Assembly (NCBI GenBank): GCA_033875325.1
Contig: JANRKA010000041.1
Span: forward strand, 3,995 to 67,994
Direction: 5' to 3'
Length of the DNA stretch: 64,000 nt
Origin: Elusimicrobiota bacterium
Lineage (GTDB): Bacteria; Elusimicrobiota; Elusimicrobia; UBA1565; UBA9628
Shown in pieces: positions 53,001 to 55,612 of the stretch (position 1 is its first letter; each line of letters opens with the position of its first letter). Below the pieces are notes generated by a model. That model had not been told where the DNA came from. It ran no database searches and saw only the letters and a program-made list of their open reading frames with translations. The position numbers and the translations under genes are program-made.

Positions 53001-55612
53001 ATCTCGTCGCTGGCGGGGTCGTTGGGGTTGGCGACGGCTTCGATGCTGCGCAGCGCCGAGCCCGTGTTGTCGGTGGTCGTCACCTCGCCGGCCCAGGCGC
53101 CGGAGGTCATGACGCGGTAGCGCAGGTTCTGGTTGCCGTCGGTGTACATGAGCACGACCTGGCCGCCGGCGCGCTCGAAGAGGATGTCGAAAGGGCTGTA
53201 GCCGTTGGTGATTTGGGCGAGGTTGCCCTCGGCGTTGGTCAGCTGGGAACTCCAGGTGTCCGAGTTGGCGTTCCAGACCATCGCGGTAAGATCGCTGCCG
53301 GAGTCAGCGACGCCCACCACGATGTCCTGCGACATCGGGTCGGCGCTCATGCGGATCCAGCGGGGCCGTTCGGTGTTGGTGCCGCCGTCGAGGTCGGGCG
53401 CCGTCTGCTCCACGCCCCAGGACTCGGTGGCCGTGTCCCAGTACCGATAGATGGGCGTGTTCTGCGTGGCCGGGGTCGTGACACCCCAGACCACGAGGCC
53501 GCGCGAGCCGCCGGAGCTGAAGGCGACGTCGAAAGCGCGGGTGTAGGTCTCGCCGGTGCCCGCCTGGGCGATGCCGCCCAGGTAGGCGGCGGCGTTGAGC
53601 GTGATCTGGTCGGACCAAGCCGTGCCGTTCCAGTACGCGGCGTGCAGCTCGCGGTTGACGTCCTGCACCACCACGAGCACGGCGTCGGAGGCCTTGTTGG
53701 AACTGGCCTCGACGCGGATGAACACGGGCGCGGCGGCGCCGGGCCAGGACGGGATGGGCGCGGCCGCGCTCCAGGAGGACGACCCGTCGCTCTTCGTGCG
53801 GTACTGAGGCGTCGCGCCGCCGTTGGAGTAGACCAGGAGCGCGTCACCGGAGGCGGTCTCGTAGGCGGCGTCGGCCGCCCGGTGGACGTTGAGGCGGGCA
53901 CCGACGTCGAGCGCGTTCGTGTGCTCGACGGGAGCGGTCCACGAGGTCCCGTTGTACTGCATGGTATTGACGTCGCCGTTGTTGTCGATGACGAGAGAGA
54001 GCTTCTCGTCCCGGGTGGGACTGGCGCGCAGGATGACATGGTAGGGGGCGCCGCCCACGTCTTGAGAGGGGTTGTTGGCGGAGTCCCAGCTCACCGTGTT
54101 CCAGACTTTATAAGGAACGTTCTGGTCGTTGCGCTCGTAGACCAAAGTGTCGTCGTCCATCGAGTAGCCCATGCGAGTGGGCAGGTTGCCCGTGCCCGCG
54201 TTGAGGTAAGCCGCGATTTGCGTCGCGTTGGCGTCCCACGCATTGCCGGCCGAGTCCCAGCGTTGGGCCATCAAGTTGCCGTAGTTGTTCGTCGCCAGGA
54301 GGATGAGGTCGTCGGATCCGGGCGCGCGGTAGAGCTGCTGGGTCACCAACTGCGCGGTGGAGCCGTTGCCGTTGTCGATGGTGGCGGCGGCGTTCTCGCC
54401 GGACCAGCCGCTGCCGGTGGTCCAAGTGCGGTATTTCGGTGTGGCCACCCCGTTCTCGGCGTAGACGACCATGGCGCGGCTGCTGCCGGCCTCGAAGGTC
54501 ACGTCCGCGATGTTGCGGTTGTTCGCCTGAAGGCCGAGCTCCACGGCGCTGTCCTGCAGCGTGTCCTGCCAGGCCGCCCCGTTCCAAACGGAGAGCGAGA
54601 GGTCGTTGCTTTGGTCCACGCGCGCCAACGCGACGTTGTTGGAACCCGCGGCGGGGTCGGCGCCGAGGAAGATCCAGTTCGTGTCGCTGTTGCCGTTGTT
54701 CTCGAGGTCCGGCGTGTCGGTGCCCGCCGCCCAGGTGCCGGTCAGGTTGAGCGTCACCATGTCGTGTATGCCGCCCGCGCCCGAATTGGCGGTCGCGAAG
54801 ACCGCGTACCCGGTGCCGCTGGAGGAGGCGAAGGCCAGATCGAAGGGGCGTCCGTTGGCCACCGTCTCGACGGTGTTGGCGGCGATGGCGCCGTTGGTGA
54901 GCAAGGTCGAAGTCCAGGTATTGCCGTTGAAATAGAGGCCGTAGACCTCGTTGGCGCCGTCGGCGACCAGGGCCGCCAACTGCTTGGGGGTGGAGTCTCG
55001 GGGGCGCCCGCGCAGACGCACCCAGCGCACCGACTGGCCGCTGTTGTTCGTCGCGGCGCCCACGACCCGGTCCGTGGTCCAGCCGTTGCCGCCGCCGGAG
55101 ATCGGGCCGTTCCAGCTCGCCCACAAGGAGTTCTGCGTGGTGGCCGCCGCCGAGGCGTTCGAGTGCAGCACGACGACCGTGCTGCCAGACCAGTCATAGT
55201 CGACGTCGAAGGGCTGCGTGTTGAGGCCCGGCGTCGTCTGCAGTCCCGTCTGCAGGGTGACGGCGTCGCCCCAGGTGCCGGCGCCGGGATCATAGACCTG
55301 CGCCCACAGCCGACCGGTGAGGTCGAGCTGCACCATCACGCGCTCGCCCGGGCGCGGCGAGTTCGGGGGCGCGGCGACGATGCGCATCCACTGCACGTCC
55401 GATTCCGAGCCGACCAGCTCGGTGGCGAGGGATTCCGCGCCGAAGGAGGTGCCGCCCCACAGGCGCTGCACGGGCTTGGTCTCGTCGCGCAGGTACATGA
55501 ACATCGCTTCCGAGGGCGTGGCGCCGGCCAGGCGCTGATAGCCGGCGATGAGCGCCGGCAGCAGCAGCGCGAGCCCGATGACGGCGCGGGTGTTCAAGCG
55601 CGGGAAGCGCAC
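20012..55612 (-). CDS. Giant (11,866 aa) secreted multi-Ig-repeat surface protein with FN3 and FlgD-Ig/T9SS-CTD-like C-terminus
   Basis: Uninterrupted 35.6-kb ORF; GGAGG RBS 9 nt before GTG; hydrophobic N-terminus AVIGLALLLPALIAG; repeats D.T.P/GTA.D/YW.G..W/RA.D.AGN; C-terminus SNYPNPF...ITYTL...LYDALGYLVKT...WDGRNDAG...KIGVIH. Confidence 0.96.
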   Translation of the reverse strand: MRFPRLNTRAVIGLALLLPALIAGYQRLAGATPSEAMFMYLRDETKPVQRLWGGTSFGAESLATELVGSESDVQWMRIVAAPPNSPRPGERVMVQLDLTGRLWAQVYDPGAGTWGDAVTLQTGLQTTPGLNTQPFDVDYDWSGSTVVVLHSNASAAATTQNSLWASWNGPISGGGNGWTTDRVVGAATNNSGQSVRWVRLRGRPRDSTPKQLAALVADGANEVYGLYFNGNTWTSTLLTNGAIAANTVETVANGRPFDLAFASSSGTGYAVFATANSGAGGIHDMVTLNLTGTWAAGTDTPDLENNGNSDTNWIFLGADPAAGSNNVALARVDQSNDLSLSVWNGAAWQDTLQDSAVELGLQANNRNIADVTFEAGSSRAMVVYAENGVATPKYRTWTTGSGWSGENAAATIDNGNGSTAQLVTQQLYRAPGSDDLILLATNNYGNLMAQRWDSAGNAWDANATQIAAYLNAGTGNLPTRMGYSMDDDTLVYERNDQNVPYKVWNTVSWDSANNPSQDVGGAPYHVILRASPTRDEKLSLVIDNNGDVNTMQYNGTSWTAPVEHTNALDVGARLNVHRAADAAYETASGDALLVYSNGGATPQYRTKSDGSSSWSAAAPIPSWPGAAAPVFIRVEASSNKASDAVLVVVQDVNRELHAAYWNGTAWSDQITLNAAAYLGGIAQAGTGETYTRAFDVAFSSGGSRGLVVWGVTTPATQNTPIYRYWDTATESWGVEQTAPDLDGGTNTERPRWIRMSADPMSQDIVVGVADSGSDLTAMVWNANSDTWSSQLTNAEGNLAQITNGYSPFDILFERAGGQVVLMYTDGNQNLRYRVMTSGAWAGEVTTTDNTGSALRSIEAVANPNDPASDEMLVAVTNANRHIRVYRWNGASFDAAYQPTLYTGWTWNTNQHAGGVFGLAYTRDFTAPTAVVEAPLDGRHYSSLSTLTGTATDGTGNNVSETARVEVEIQDLSNLQYYRVGTGWQAGQVWNTATGANPWQIAGVGGIWTTTRDYRLRVRAVDNAGNVQGTPTQVDFVFDTQNPTGVIQHPKNLNAATFDGYYRGFQLATLSGTAGDISPGQVESLQFQLRRIISGTTEYWNRGTETWGGSVVNFSTVACGLTCWNPGTGIWRSTFPSSAWTDGATYYFSLQVADRAANWRVSGTTNAFVVDETTPVVSIGFPGVTEGVFRGFNQVSGLSTDDFPVRVSSVSLRDLGPNNCWGGAAFDQGCPFWINATGGNAWTYPFASTVFNNARITLSALAQDAAGNYTLASTDRVFRVDNTTPTAGVTTPVGLSTRTTLTSILGTATDNSNGFLEGVRLRIYRHKDHLYWNGASWGAVATAINALDTRDGNTTFADPAETFSQGWSLSFNDVDWAANATGGPVPWTDDEISGSSFSVRVTARDRARDAANALFPHEFDFNGPLVSSHTFYWDVVKPTNAIASPTHLSTLGPGATVFHGGYYDKHSGVNRVEYQIQRQSDGLFWLGGAAWGAQPANWPDASLHPSSWTFTSPAFSVGDSGISYVLYSRACDNGGNTADTDCGSVTKLANVENLFAVGVNSVTFSVDAVNPLSAVTVPNQSQINQLVTIQGTASDFSSLSLTEVAIASSAGGSCAGGTPDGSCRWYSSFTDAWVAFATYTPTTVQGSPWSYTVPLTIGLVDGRDYQLIPRARDSVGNQAEGTPRTVTWDVTAPLGNVSVPSSGTAVTSINTISGTASDAVPGLPNQAEIFIRREGTSLYWDPNGVAGPANQFNPSGSVVWFLLGDSPSDGLWSYNSSGVSWTNGIRYELSSRIRDFASNETGQPSPGVAGAGAPPTPVFFDVERPTASFTAPANGSFVNALATLTGTASDLGTGLFGGRVNTVYVHVYRQGLNQTWRWDLPGWEAGDTAAAVADPATAPNYWQAVTYTPHQGLSSGTWSQAVPFIAGNSGETFRAVVRAKDWANSVQVTPSTVTFTLDEYQATPERPSASVTSPAAGLHTRSIFATASGSSIDNTGGRLAAVRVNLRRFIGATTDYWTGLAWSATEPNPWPSAAAQDGTYDSDSENWVFNMPPLAEWTDNTAYDLRSQAVDQAGNVSVIQWSTAPFVYDTYRPTATITSPSNGGFISQSGLVSGNAVDTGAGVVDFVQVRVRRPSDGFYLDLSAGPNGSWVAGGPEIWNNATVSGTGPWTFTLSSAAWTSGLTYEAQARAIDRATGLQVTYSSITFSADFAKPTSVVTFPTNGSSPESVTAITGTATDTGLAGVRRVFVAYYRASPANWWNKTTLLFDLPDAAVPPEAPSLASNYWVSVTTDNGSPVNWTATGASSPTFAAGVTYHVLSAPDDNASNIQDRPSAPANGTNRIAFTAPSPASQILKPDATTPHFRATLATLSGTVNEAATGVQIRVQDITGAPQTWDGSVWQPGALNIWVSTPLAGRDWAFSIYPASYTSLNKYQIESRATPGPEAPPKGPREYHIDDGVPLAGVTMPDVAFKRSLPALSGTASDDADALVGAVKTVYFRLQRTEVGPQYWNPTVSTFTASASDCLTSVDATCLVPNVGALPSNTYAVTHASFTDSTAFEPGRAYTATLIAKDRAGNGVTVNRAFTWDVTAPTSGITLPNGATPLRTLGSPQIAGTANDDFLVHAISASVRSLRNGLCYNPGTLFFTETCPYWIATSSTPAADWSLTNADLNSALATFSTYYTILSRAADVAGNSQASFVAGVSSRTFLFDAVAPSAVIAFPVHGDAYRGSQLSGVTNPFSGTATDPGAPFNAGIRRVDIRLSYTAGADTWYWQTTQFSSGTGVSNSGWFPATDTLWTSIGAISWLGTATAYRLEARAEDATFLKDGTVSGNVSVPATVGTDIVDFVVDDTNPTVGLTAPVGANVSALALISGTADADLAGLSKVELRIQRVGGGPDEDWTGSSWTALNDHYSTATISGTAGVQPWSYDDLAGAFSNDQQYRLYLRVTDRAGNVRAAPGGGDHTFRYDDTAPTLSIAFPVPPPSLPPYSNNAESTRLSTHTWGSVGDPGAVPSGVREVWVAIASGAAQDLWWSEATRTFSVSLSTIHWSSQVYRAGHATWDYSAPELQAQLADGVNYTVFVYARDVASNTVNFSVGLLPTGSAAGQTQVFKYDVSRPTSTVAVPANGGSVNALPQFSGQYLETGAGVSGVLRAYLAVRHTEGGAAPVGWWNWGTASFDPGISDPPPPPPSPAWTQVSSTPVQGITSLAWSTAVPAGMLESSATYRAVTVALDQASNRQLNPAAVDAGAAFRYDTAIPTATITAPGNSVYLNAASLGQLLGTANDELTGASGLQTVQILLKLDDQSYWNGSVTGVIATDWDSSPAKYSQWRTVTGLANWNLAFPPLVNADAHAFRVWVRAFDRAGNASATPSNGQLDADLNADGTPARVFNYDNTAPTTRVTYPPLYSAIAPATVTGTAADPGFSPSGVNDVRLKIRKSDGTYWDLFGGSWGADPGFLATSRVGLNPWSFSNFAGAFEDGYRYAVNPQGFDTATNVETAYSTYTFVVDLSTPVSRVSWPADGGFVSSAAVTVVGTAEDRFCAFYPGLCAPGTREFEAGFLASSVTVAVAEIDVTTTWWTGTAFASGSPVWSTATFVGTSSGTWSFALPTGALTSNRVYKVVSRAMDRATNQEVALSTNTFVFDTTPPVSIATAPVGYNAGATAIYGTASDTAPGQPAVVRLTIFEEACSGGTCHIGQYWNGYAWQASPVELSSGVVGAVVSPGVRQWIYDATTTAWDNRSTYTVTARAVDAVGNAEAPHGSFDVRFYLQSPDATLTLTQPAPPDLQHYGPNSAASVNTIIGTGVNMRLANGVELVLRRLTEPASYWTEATTSWGDALVVNQVNVLPGSPQNWSQSLTSPYAVANASYSVAATAINASGIPGNTDSRTFIFDRITPLTAVTSPSGAPCAGAGACLSVLPALAGTATDPGAVVAQSIAQSGVKFRLKSNSDNRYWNGSAFQAGVAEFGPGTFGGTTLFTFSTTTLANGALLDGADYTVYAHASDKALNDQTVEASMANFTFVFDTSTPVGLFVQPSSGQVYLSLDTIAGTSFDPDGVYGSNLKSDVAAVELEIYEPHNDQYWSDGGAFNQSLSSFNAVVGTAPWSYANASLTGALVSGKGYRLTARARDLAGNLQGLYSVPASSRVVFIDKAAPLAGFTQPVSGQAYRSTALTGGSAITGTAADAEVGLYPFADALQGVETVMWYLLGNTSYYYTGVINLPPSSNGTKFSSNTVESASWQVATATDSWRQFFSGADWVGDRQYHAKARARDRARNASGAIVGNQGTTFTPGVSLVSFIVDDTPPVSVVSNPPAASFIQNLDAISGTSNADLSLANTYYLRVWYVAGVSSHYWTGSGWGGAGVQTQLPVQLTGSTGTVAWTYPGTIPGHSAPTITEVDGTSYGLAIQARDNAGNLETPTTSHVVLDRVGPTVSISTPMVSMPDYGAGRPLVTLRGGTNDAPAGTQRVEVQIEDTTDNLKWDGSAWVVAASTYLVVNATNPWTFAAPTWIDNKQYLLTARAFDLAGNQSAVSPVVSFKYDVNKPSTTIAVPGQPYYPLGQPTVLSGTAVDWFNGAGVKSGLLRVEMAIRESDGDYWDGSTVFTPVVNYRRVSTTTADPAAWQYPPSSPAGDVLPSWQDNELYTVTLRSVDKTGNQESPEISYQFRYDAQAPTTTISTPVDDSYATAFVLSSGTYAEGTSTLAQMFVAVRENLTLNWWNGTAFAGFSGASWRPAQVHVSSWTFVDAALSADIASRAQPRTYTFYARGIDGAGNENRGGAEPVTPGHDLRVDFFAPVSGFTHPANNSSLTAGATPIAGTADDQSTAGTPGIGMAQVQLAVSRENSVGTRFYWDLISWVGGDQGFNVPTTLLGGAQTIVPFQSQPASLPEGAFEDGWRYRVVARSRDLFAFTDPVYSTTTFVMDRSTPTATILRPDRPFVSTNTLSLSSGSFTEPVVGGGITSGLSQVLIQIEDVSDLTVPAHPVPNCGGSCRWWNGTNWQSIPVSFPATTHQSSWVVTNFPVGANISRVADDPSPNGRQYAVRVIATDQAGNAGAFPNYFSAVSTITFDGTAPTSGVVFPPGPDDATTTSLASITGTATDPLVNASSSAVRFVYLSIQNDATNPGDPNAGKYWDAAGGAWGPPSGPPIWNQAVWNPGTAEWAFSSASLDSNLRNLSFYILISSAVDNAGNTQFPLPSMGTPGRRRLQFQPPPAVTAITAPASLTRYNQLNGMQGTANANTVTIKFELRRLDGAGNLCWGDAAFGWVDCTVSAATATRTLFPSAGNWGYPPPGEVLPSWATLNNTSFTVKTTGVNLAGIDEVAPPQVNFYIDLSSPTSSVSFPVNGTFVSTYPTLGGGTTDFLATSVGAGVKLTNGVRFRLRRLDNNFYWDHLVSTWVAAVTASTAVYLPASNSWSYQSSTPTLTWMDGLTYTLDVFAEDRAFGGPTGNVETPAAAINFGFDSTRPLVGVTAPTNPPARHGQLTLATIAGTAAATAPNFVRRVQLRVFSEAGSQFANPASGLAFNQPDGDLAWFNATHAGSWLNWSASSAVPFVNGSTYTLVARSENGAGTYAVPYSSVVVVYDNLAPQSGVTTPGDGAVINALTAVNGTVSDLPAGNPGAVPVMRLRFKRLSDGYTWDGAPGAGTWQAALQTMAGPQGVTPAAPTWSVAAVNLPTALDMTSGASYYLTTSGIDDAAGGGNAELFESPRGSTFTYDVTPPFAAVLSPVEGAFRNSVPSVSGVSGDNIAVSTVQLSIQDASIASPNCYDSALNTFTAACPAWFGAKGSTATWSFPFAVQPWTQAHQYIVRSSATDLASVAQTALSSASFTYDVIVPTAGVSAPVSAGALSPLLASIAGTAFDAPSGIDRLGLALSSGAGAGHWYNGATFTAADPVFFATSAYAFGGTDTWGWTYPGLVDGQAYLLRSSATDRAGNNRVQNFGFLFDSSLPVATVSDPVQGGFKSANFAFTGSSSDPDPDGAGSLAAAGVSTVSVSIERLGTGLCYVYGGGFTAPCPNFIPAFGAPGAWTFTASPNPYATGVSYLVAARATDAAGNEQTAFVAGTSSVTFTYNTAVPVVGVTYPAQPRHRDLTTLAGTASDAVPTALDQVQVRILQQTGLTRYYNHGTGFFDILPAAADTAWLQAASVSAPLWTSWTLSSGTPFQSGTQYRIEARSRNKAGTYATTYSSQTVIYDTDPPVTDTRLPVAFSTISSLATMSGTANDVAGSNPGVVTDVRLQLVRLSDGWRWDSASWVPGAAQMTNSEGVLVHQTSWTLVSNLPAANNLPTGLQHGSSYYATTSGLDDSFSGGNAEAFFNPARASTFTVDLVGPAVGFQAPTDGSVLASLSVIRGTAVDALAGVSAASQIEVAIGELSPNAGCWNGAVAGGTFTLSGCPIWYPITGGDRNGSFLGGVWQFDAPPLTTQFTYRVWVRARDNAVPAGNLSSAAQISTVTFAFNTSLPSVALTQPPSLPAVGGNRNTAFGVAGTASETFGVAAASVAYQEADTGMWYDNLTGTFSATAAVWRPTVLSGSLPNYTFTATPPALPASTGRNYNILPKAVGATGLEGIGAANTIKWDTSVPASGVTTPADNSYGKTLPSIGGTASDAGGAASGVAGTQVQIKRVSDNICWNGGAWSANCSNEASWLTAAAGSPWTKATQLPPPNNLPSGLQDGERYDIASRAFDFAANTQTALTTNIFRFDVSSPVAGVVLPANGARYASLPLVTGTAQDSAPGAFNVGFPAVRVHDIALNQYWVDGTGWVNSGFPGFPDLWNVALDSTSAAGLFTWRYDSSLVAWPDRNAQLRLETRVTDAAGNFSYAASTFSFDATRPLSAITYPATDGVTFSSMNVIAGTSSDVTSNVADVKVKMWYVTGPTTYYWSPAAPHWSAGNPNDFYSVAGAAGPFGTSNPWAYDSAQNPDFANPGTLNFAWREGTHDTFNGKTFFITTLAVDASGNQQTSLSTRTFRFDNAPPTSGPTAPIPDSAYNSLTTLSGTSTDADSTVSAVAVSIYEEETNRWFDGTVFAVGPQVWLPVLPANLFPTSWTFTNGALAYTPSRHYVVRSSATDSVGNNQTAAGAARFLFETAEPVSSVTNPSNLTTYDDTKVVLGNSSDPGFTSGINGTGSGVAPTLGWHQAAPELMVFRDTAPLVTGGPILFGGWDDTGYFWDGSTWTAAAPLVASPPWIAASFQDNFGNWQYPNLACPAPNPLGVPCWVRGDPYITWSRVRDNAGNLQSVIASGPRFFISGIAQSFSIVVSSNPHTVGNDVQITVTARDGPGGAGGVASSYSGQVNFAMVDGSGGPESMDDDAVSDSLHGLPSTYTFTTGLGGDNGAHTFTIRMRKAGARTLRVQQTDNPALFGTLNYTTHRGPATRVQLIADADSTCTGGPGQRPGPGVVTPGSEGRLGAARAFVAGQTIKYCVQVTDDFYNLFLDSTTSVFVTDTDPNNGAFAPGNDRAVVFTGSTTFDWAFVTAGAQVVQSTGSGIFPNASNPASAVTVNGQSADRLIALLPGETQVPGKFSVAPFGKTGAPQETFAGSTYPVTVYAVDPFYNPDVSVAFAVRANLFPDQHSSSYTQTLALGTTVFAFHPVVAGTHSVQVQAAVLPAVTSTYYTPDPFRVWWSTPAKLQLLVEGQVAAPGRAPFDSNPTSGGRTGAAPATLTAGVTTTIRVNVTDSFFNVVAGTTPFIPLTADVVMPLVRLDFLNDANIQGRALAPNPYQRTLVAGTTTFSFPPVTRQAGLQLRASDTLATGTAYATDTVVSIPVQANTPIGLLATAPGESFVEGTVTGKSGALSTLTAGQTYTVTVRAVDLYNNRAVDGRQVRLLTNDAYATTDAPQNLALGQAPFTAVLPSAATGNLVIEAVDDDVLFPKLSTSTVSDIDVIPNTPDRLIVALPGQTLVPGKTVAPFGVTGAPAISTAGVFFTPTAYATDARYNVVSSVNQTAIAVASDDPFAPSLGSFVMNSGAATLLNLTLRTAGTRVLTVTDGDAAAPALSAGVSDGLTLNPNNPTRLRALTPLETRVPGSTTNGRTGAAYTTQAGFTFNAVVDITDGFWNLVPGASQEIRLVADDPFAVIIPTTQVITTSATYSVTLKRAGSTLLRAEMVNTVPVFGPVVSQDTATAVNVLPGTPSRLLVRLPGESFDQGSPTGKTGVTTQQQAGASFSVQVGVVDAFFNLVTGRAADVKVNTPSDAYGLFVSTVGINTLAGITPPITVTLRRAATGHYLSADDFGSSGLSSDPQSSTFTVIPDLPMGLQVLLPGQTAVPGSGDYPNGGVSGAVSTRTAGAPFTATVNLVDRWMNQTSAGGFPFVYAATNDAYDLDSATVPLAGGTVPMGLTLVTKTGMARVTAGVRGLPADLVCTGNAPSNVCRAESPAAVSPYFKVYASTAVGLFVTVPGETYRPGKCDYLPGSVCRVLGPQEGAAGKDGAASAYTLAFPAGSFNADVWLVDRFFNTVTDNAGPTQDSNPTAVMPNVLLNFPADAAAAVPAAQTLFQGNWTFGITPLTSSTTWSVRAATTAASLSTWAEASSALFPVHPGPAHHMHWSGLPASVAAGVAFNGALSVHDQYHNPLSTGPNAYASNVTFTAELFGGNQDPEFNPSNNVTFSSSTDQGTRVLTSFARLKRAGSRWLEAHETASAGINTEVAGFSVRPFITVTPGTPDSIKADATIINDIYISVGSLVPNNPGFTDIRGQLTDSFDNPITSTQTVFVEVVDAVGAAGHLEVDNGAGWVNVGLSTRVLSDLSGAVGVSTPTIRYFVSSVAGDSARVWIGTMTAPVDRTLFIAAKKNITGNLVSVGGLPSSLVFVSTPNAALVGINDVAGAGGQYVIQRRDDFGNVTRQGPTTVLLDLAAGDKTVHAGRGYAMGLFGTTGDYGFRDAGNSVFINSINIADGQTGAETPFRFHSRMTSYSGPGPSSNTAEGGRPGSWTVQLYLPGPTLALTHALRMDPDAPKKVGFANPERTEVAGRVVDFGSTLARFTVQLQDLFSNPVVSTQNYVVTLATQTRAASRLNDYVGFSRSSDSTQGSRVSPPAFLASTTTVDIPLGQYYATFYYLDTTASNNYDLSGGTLPVLEITSPGLFSAQQRVFIAPDTIDRLAFSVGAGQTLLAGTTSSLMVVESRDYYGNASPLLPGQDLGLGSVQLKLVTDSAGLVQFSTPAAGAFVSSTAVAYLPVNRSTATFYMIDTLLTAPGSTHTLAALGVTYPTWAVGYASYSVIPGPPSQIGWATQPRRLVAGTTIQIEVGVPTNTVVAAQLLDQYGNVTSSGSTYIIRYTSVRDTVYAGIDPTAVIVATAPSAFWTNIFTSQLDVIIPGGAGVSQAPMYFWDTLAGGTTVMAQAYLGGTPVFASTAQVHQITPGRATYLTVNHPYTAANPLQVGVPGVLTIRARDLFGNPASGDAQNGNYYTGLVNFGSSGSTATVTLVDLISGNTYHAFTPGEGGVFTNFGVVDQIVENLNIRATDTTNSSVYGHTNDGARSGLPANPALRSDGDVVLAGVVVTPADVAPESTPPPNGPIPPLKVALGVTKRTLNQGDGNTGASPDPIAMLRLNLRISPTGAPYTADLRSMRVQSRVEGTLANTYITELGLYRDDPNSPNGRFDPLTDVFLASGAYNGAGSWFFGSALFGQTFLDAAFPGGEVTLNGSQDKFFFVTARVSSAAYSVFAPGQDLPKSFGLELVGPSNLTLAPGAPVGIAANNFAVRTATSSVEREPAQINVLAEDINAWWQPPSLTVSSYNYINQGTPNVGVLKLKMWTDAFSGVISSVRFTHSGSGLDSAITRIRLYLDTDSAQTSTAGDGEFGFTIDKQVAEAVFPPGDTRTANLVLTNPLSLDGTITTSTNTYFLVYDFDAGAAAGQTHGMTLQSGNVVPLAGNGVVKPFGIIATTNVPVQATPDQINLTDWNRQGLTSGTIATDAIPSKLTQNDARQPVAKMTLRVNSGAAEWTGLKLDRWLPSTKITGAGYNALFEQRNKASDVTNLRVYLDSNYDGLLDVSTDAQVSPLNTVIHNFPTIPTAVALYATGTLTGVDIPVTGILANTMFPTDNPFVGDADNRLVLGDDQTNELLKEVVYCRGIDLPGNRYTNCDRAQEGTLPLDFPAGTVLSGPARIPILSLVGGGGQIIQTAKVDYFVAYDINPLASVSPQANIGLSIPSTAYYQIGAPKTMSSANVGVPPLGLTASFIPNLAEYPDKLRVVATDALDGAIGPFLQQKSTVAVAVVNVQTDVADALWRWMLVYATGTAIQAGSVAGDVDLVQLWFDNNQDGLFNPLSDVLVGTGTFGNYQGLPLVSQINLYPPITVTRAALAPKPQKYFVTFVMGANAQPTDLATQQPRTLGIDLRDTSLPTNSPVTDNQFLNAISLPNTYDTASPMPFLGAVRTIIAAPQQMSVRTTPMFSTSSGTFAVPLLDNPINTTPSAGTVEPFWTVSSTEGFPAPPPGATYYAMVEGEIIGYTGFGPGSPSLLNVERGALNTAPATHSSGVIVSPSIRQGELNLAAMRLELWSSQFQVQLSSINFNRTIPIGLNGDDTDVSAIKVYKSLDGIYKRDPGTGLNAGDILLGQSSFGLDGQPSGRVEIPINDPGLGSPGYTLITATPTVLYVAFDVAPSAKFSHPALPNLNEVTGAFAPDGTRFRLTPTNAGHTTVFVGTNSVASPTFVVAPTVNTVTVEFDQLSGNFALQNAKNVAMTRLRMRTDRNSAIIDTIRVDRIGAAGALDSDIPVVKIWADANGNGTFDAIDSTSVAGAYPHLLSFGNETFSSSTVNIALRTPILVTTAAADYFITYDISQFATEDSRTGVAILSPSYFTVQVPNAVVFTTPTFNSNPLLTISKVVSNVTLGVNDIATLITGVTQAQTNVPMLRFNLATDIALAPWRSLRVERGGGSQDPLKPFGRNTDVKFIRVFKDIDSSNFLTANDVNISEVDTTLVTAVSSVTVAPFDLVVLSTVGFPLDNTGAALGGKLWVGGAELMTFSGPGCPTAAVPGVDDASGRPCLRITSRGDQLGTAATPVLNHSVGVNARKVDVFNQANDADLQALVTLKTDQFIGPTAQAFFVAFDIGDSAVANDLVGVAVRDPSWIGLPRGDNATPVLLTGVTAAEPLGTLTTSYPFVGRNVAISPIVLSMSGFSNAPSGAGQGDTNVPVLRVEMRASTDFVNVAKMRFKQIGTIATSTVALSGDGDASRVRVWLDNGDGVFSAGLDSQLGTVAHSTSGAFSNGYALVDLVQNGVPYLRVSTANTVVFLTADVGFTDRAGGTTLTHTFGFRVEAFTDVIGPDGAPVTASPHPTLLPPFESKTVLIAPLTVPGVVVSSALPPMIVTRAQPGVSGVAVGYPAYALLSPGCVPTGKDAGNPRNQVCFVNGNPVPDQSKWICADGTAWLTNCPSAAPLVDINGDLVPDNFSIGESTRPTQVSLLGDGTPTTDLTGTGILDVDINKDGILDMIVFSPGSNKPQFRIGLDVANQGNLAATAPDPGQGLAPSAWAKSASELTFNLPLTGTSGYYLVAVGTNYDDPIGLTNKWSSVTVTGVTGLSVSNFAVRAAGDPVTGATMKGLQMTVPNVTRLSQTLSQDTTFFVVADSSKLELPGYIYVGSEIMRLKRNDQNPNLLETVAQAGDPPPNNGRGLLGSAPILHTAGELVSDKAAILFAQFVSASGSVSPAQPMLVYRVDPFAPTTPGAATPTEQNRTSFQVRWTPSTQNISGVASYEVQERGGDPKNLSDTVIWRTVNVISARSPVYGVGDPTFPGEGPRPAGQFFSYRVRAISGAGVPSTWSPLSASAVTGVNSTILSAVSNYPNPFDSRKGGNAGKTFITYTLNADSDVTITLYDALGYLVKTISCPPGSEGGKTGANFVPWDGRNDAGAFVSKGGYTARIKVKSPGGTATAIRKIGVIH
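21780..27170 (-). repeat. 8 larger beta-sandwich repeats (type C), most with DxNxDG-like Ca-binding loops
   Basis: 'QG..NV..L(R/K)L', '(Y/W).D.N.DG.F....D', 'YF(V/I).(Y/F)D(I/V)' recur, e.g. WFDNNQDGLFN, WADANGNGTFD, WLDNGDGVFS. Confidence 0.75.
27170..33915 (-). repeat. About 17 invasin/intimin-like Ig domains (type B), about 9 with a PG(E/Q)...G(K/R)TG insert
   Basis: Recurrent 'P..L...LPGET..PG...GKTG....AG..F.V....VD.F.N' followed by 'P..L.F......AG......D.(F/Y)GN'. Confidence 0.75.
33915..52846 (-). repeat. About 49 tandem ~130-aa bacterial Ig-like domains (type A) inside the giant gene
   Basis: Manual count of '(F/Y/V/W)D..xP....xP' linkers from RDFTAP to FETAEP; most units carry GTAxD and RAxDxAGN. 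Confidence 0.85.
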
